DNA of 63,826 nt, the filler included, from Octopus bimaculoides (taxonomy: Eukaryota): assembly GCF_001194135.2 (NCBI RefSeq). It is 6 parts of 5 records of this genome, joined end to end, with 100 filler letters (N's around TTAATTAATTAA, not from the genome) between each part and the next. Parts side by side here need not be neighbours in the genome. Positions count along the whole stretch, not along the records: positions 60,076 to 63,826 come from NC_069004.1; 5 more parts are not named here. One strand, 5' to 3'. The translations under genes were made by a program, and so were the position numbers. The notes beneath the pieces were generated by a model that saw nothing but the letters and a program-made list of their open reading frames with translations, was not told the origin of the DNA and made no database searches. Below are positions 62,841 to 63,826 of this stretch, piece by piece (within the stretch, counting starts at the first letter, position 1; every line of letters begins with the position of its first letter).

Positions 62841-63624
62841 CACTTTGTTTTCGTTGGTCTCGAAATAATTTTACAAACTTCCGAGGACGTACCATAATTC
62901 TTTTTTTTTTGTCTCGAGGATGGATGGGTGGGTGGGTNNNNNNNNNNNNNNNNNNNNNNNNNNNNNNNNNNNNNNNNNNNNNNNNNNNNNNNNNNNNNNN
63001 NNNNNNNNNNNNNNNNNNNNNNNNNNNNNNNNNNNNNNNNNNNNNNNNNNNNNNNNNNNNNNNNNNNNNNNNNNNNNNNNNNNNNNNNNNNNNNNNNNNN
63101 NNNNNNNNNNNNNNNNNNNNNNNNNNNNNNNNNNNNNNNNNNNNNNNNNNNNNNNNNNNATTTTCTATCCAAAAGGGTGTTTTCAATGTAATACATGCTA
63201 TCTTTTATAGCTTTATGTATGCTTCGAGGTCCACTGTTACAAACAATAAAAAAATGCTATTTATTATAGAAAAAGAATATCACCGCATATTTTATCTAAA
63301 GTGTTTCTTTAATGAAAGTTGGGTGCGATTTAGGGGAAATTTTGCCAACATTTCTAGGGTTCGTAAAGGTTTTGCAATTGGATTGTCAGAGGCGAAACAG
63401 AAGGATTGAACTCATATATGGGTGGGTTGATCTTTGGTTGAACTATCAACGGTCCACATTTCCTTCTTGAGGGGCGTTACACTTGAAATGTGCTGAATTC
63501 GTTATGATATCCAGTTTGGTCCGTTTTTGATGTTAAAGATAATGTACTTAACTGCAAACTGCACTCTCTGTCTGTCTCTCTGTGTCTCCGTGTCTCTCTC
63601 TCACTCTATCTACCTATCTATATG

Positions 63625-63826
63625 TATATATCTTTCATTTTTTACTTGTTTCACTCATGAGACTGGGCATCGCCTTGAAGAATTTTTAGTCGAACATATC
63701 GACCCCAGTACTTATTCTTTTATAAGCCTGGTACTTATTCTGTCGGCCCCTTTTGCTGAACCGCAAAGTTGCGGGTACGTAAGCGCACCAGCACCGGTAT
63801 GAAGCAGTGGTGGTGGAAAAGCATTG
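63625..63826 (-). mobile_element. SINE family A variant, 3' part, running off the window end
   Basis: ATCGACCCCAGTACTTATTCTTTT..TACTTATTCTGTCGG..GCTGAACCGCAAAG. Confidence 0.75.

Overview
Eukaryotic, AT-rich, repeat-dominated DNA from a draft assembly, with about 5.5 kb of N. Five gaps are artificial N44-TTAATTAATTAA-N44 joins. The tRNA-headed SINE families and the very dense (TA)n/(CA)n/(TACA)n/(ATT)n microsatellites point to a cephalopod, most likely Octopus (inference, no database search). I could not identify any intact host protein-coding gene, tRNA or rRNA. Recognisable content: four diverged L1/Tx1-type ORF1 copies (one runs into an APE endonuclease, two apparently lack ORF2); a Gypsy gag N-terminus; a decayed D,D34D mariner; a DD37D (maT) Tc1/mariner fragment; R4/Dong-type LINE fragments in (TAA)n; a Penelope GIY-YIG fragment; short elements with hammerhead-like motifs; and dozens of SINEs. 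Best leads: (1) a tRNA-headed, hammerhead-tailed SINE-like element with fold-back ends, suggesting Penelope-type mobilisation; (2) HAL1-like ORF1-only retroelements; (3) a CpG-decayed domain at about 21-39 kb suggesting an unseen methylated host gene body; (4) several long near-perfect fold-back palindromes. SINE family letters A-F are my own working labels.
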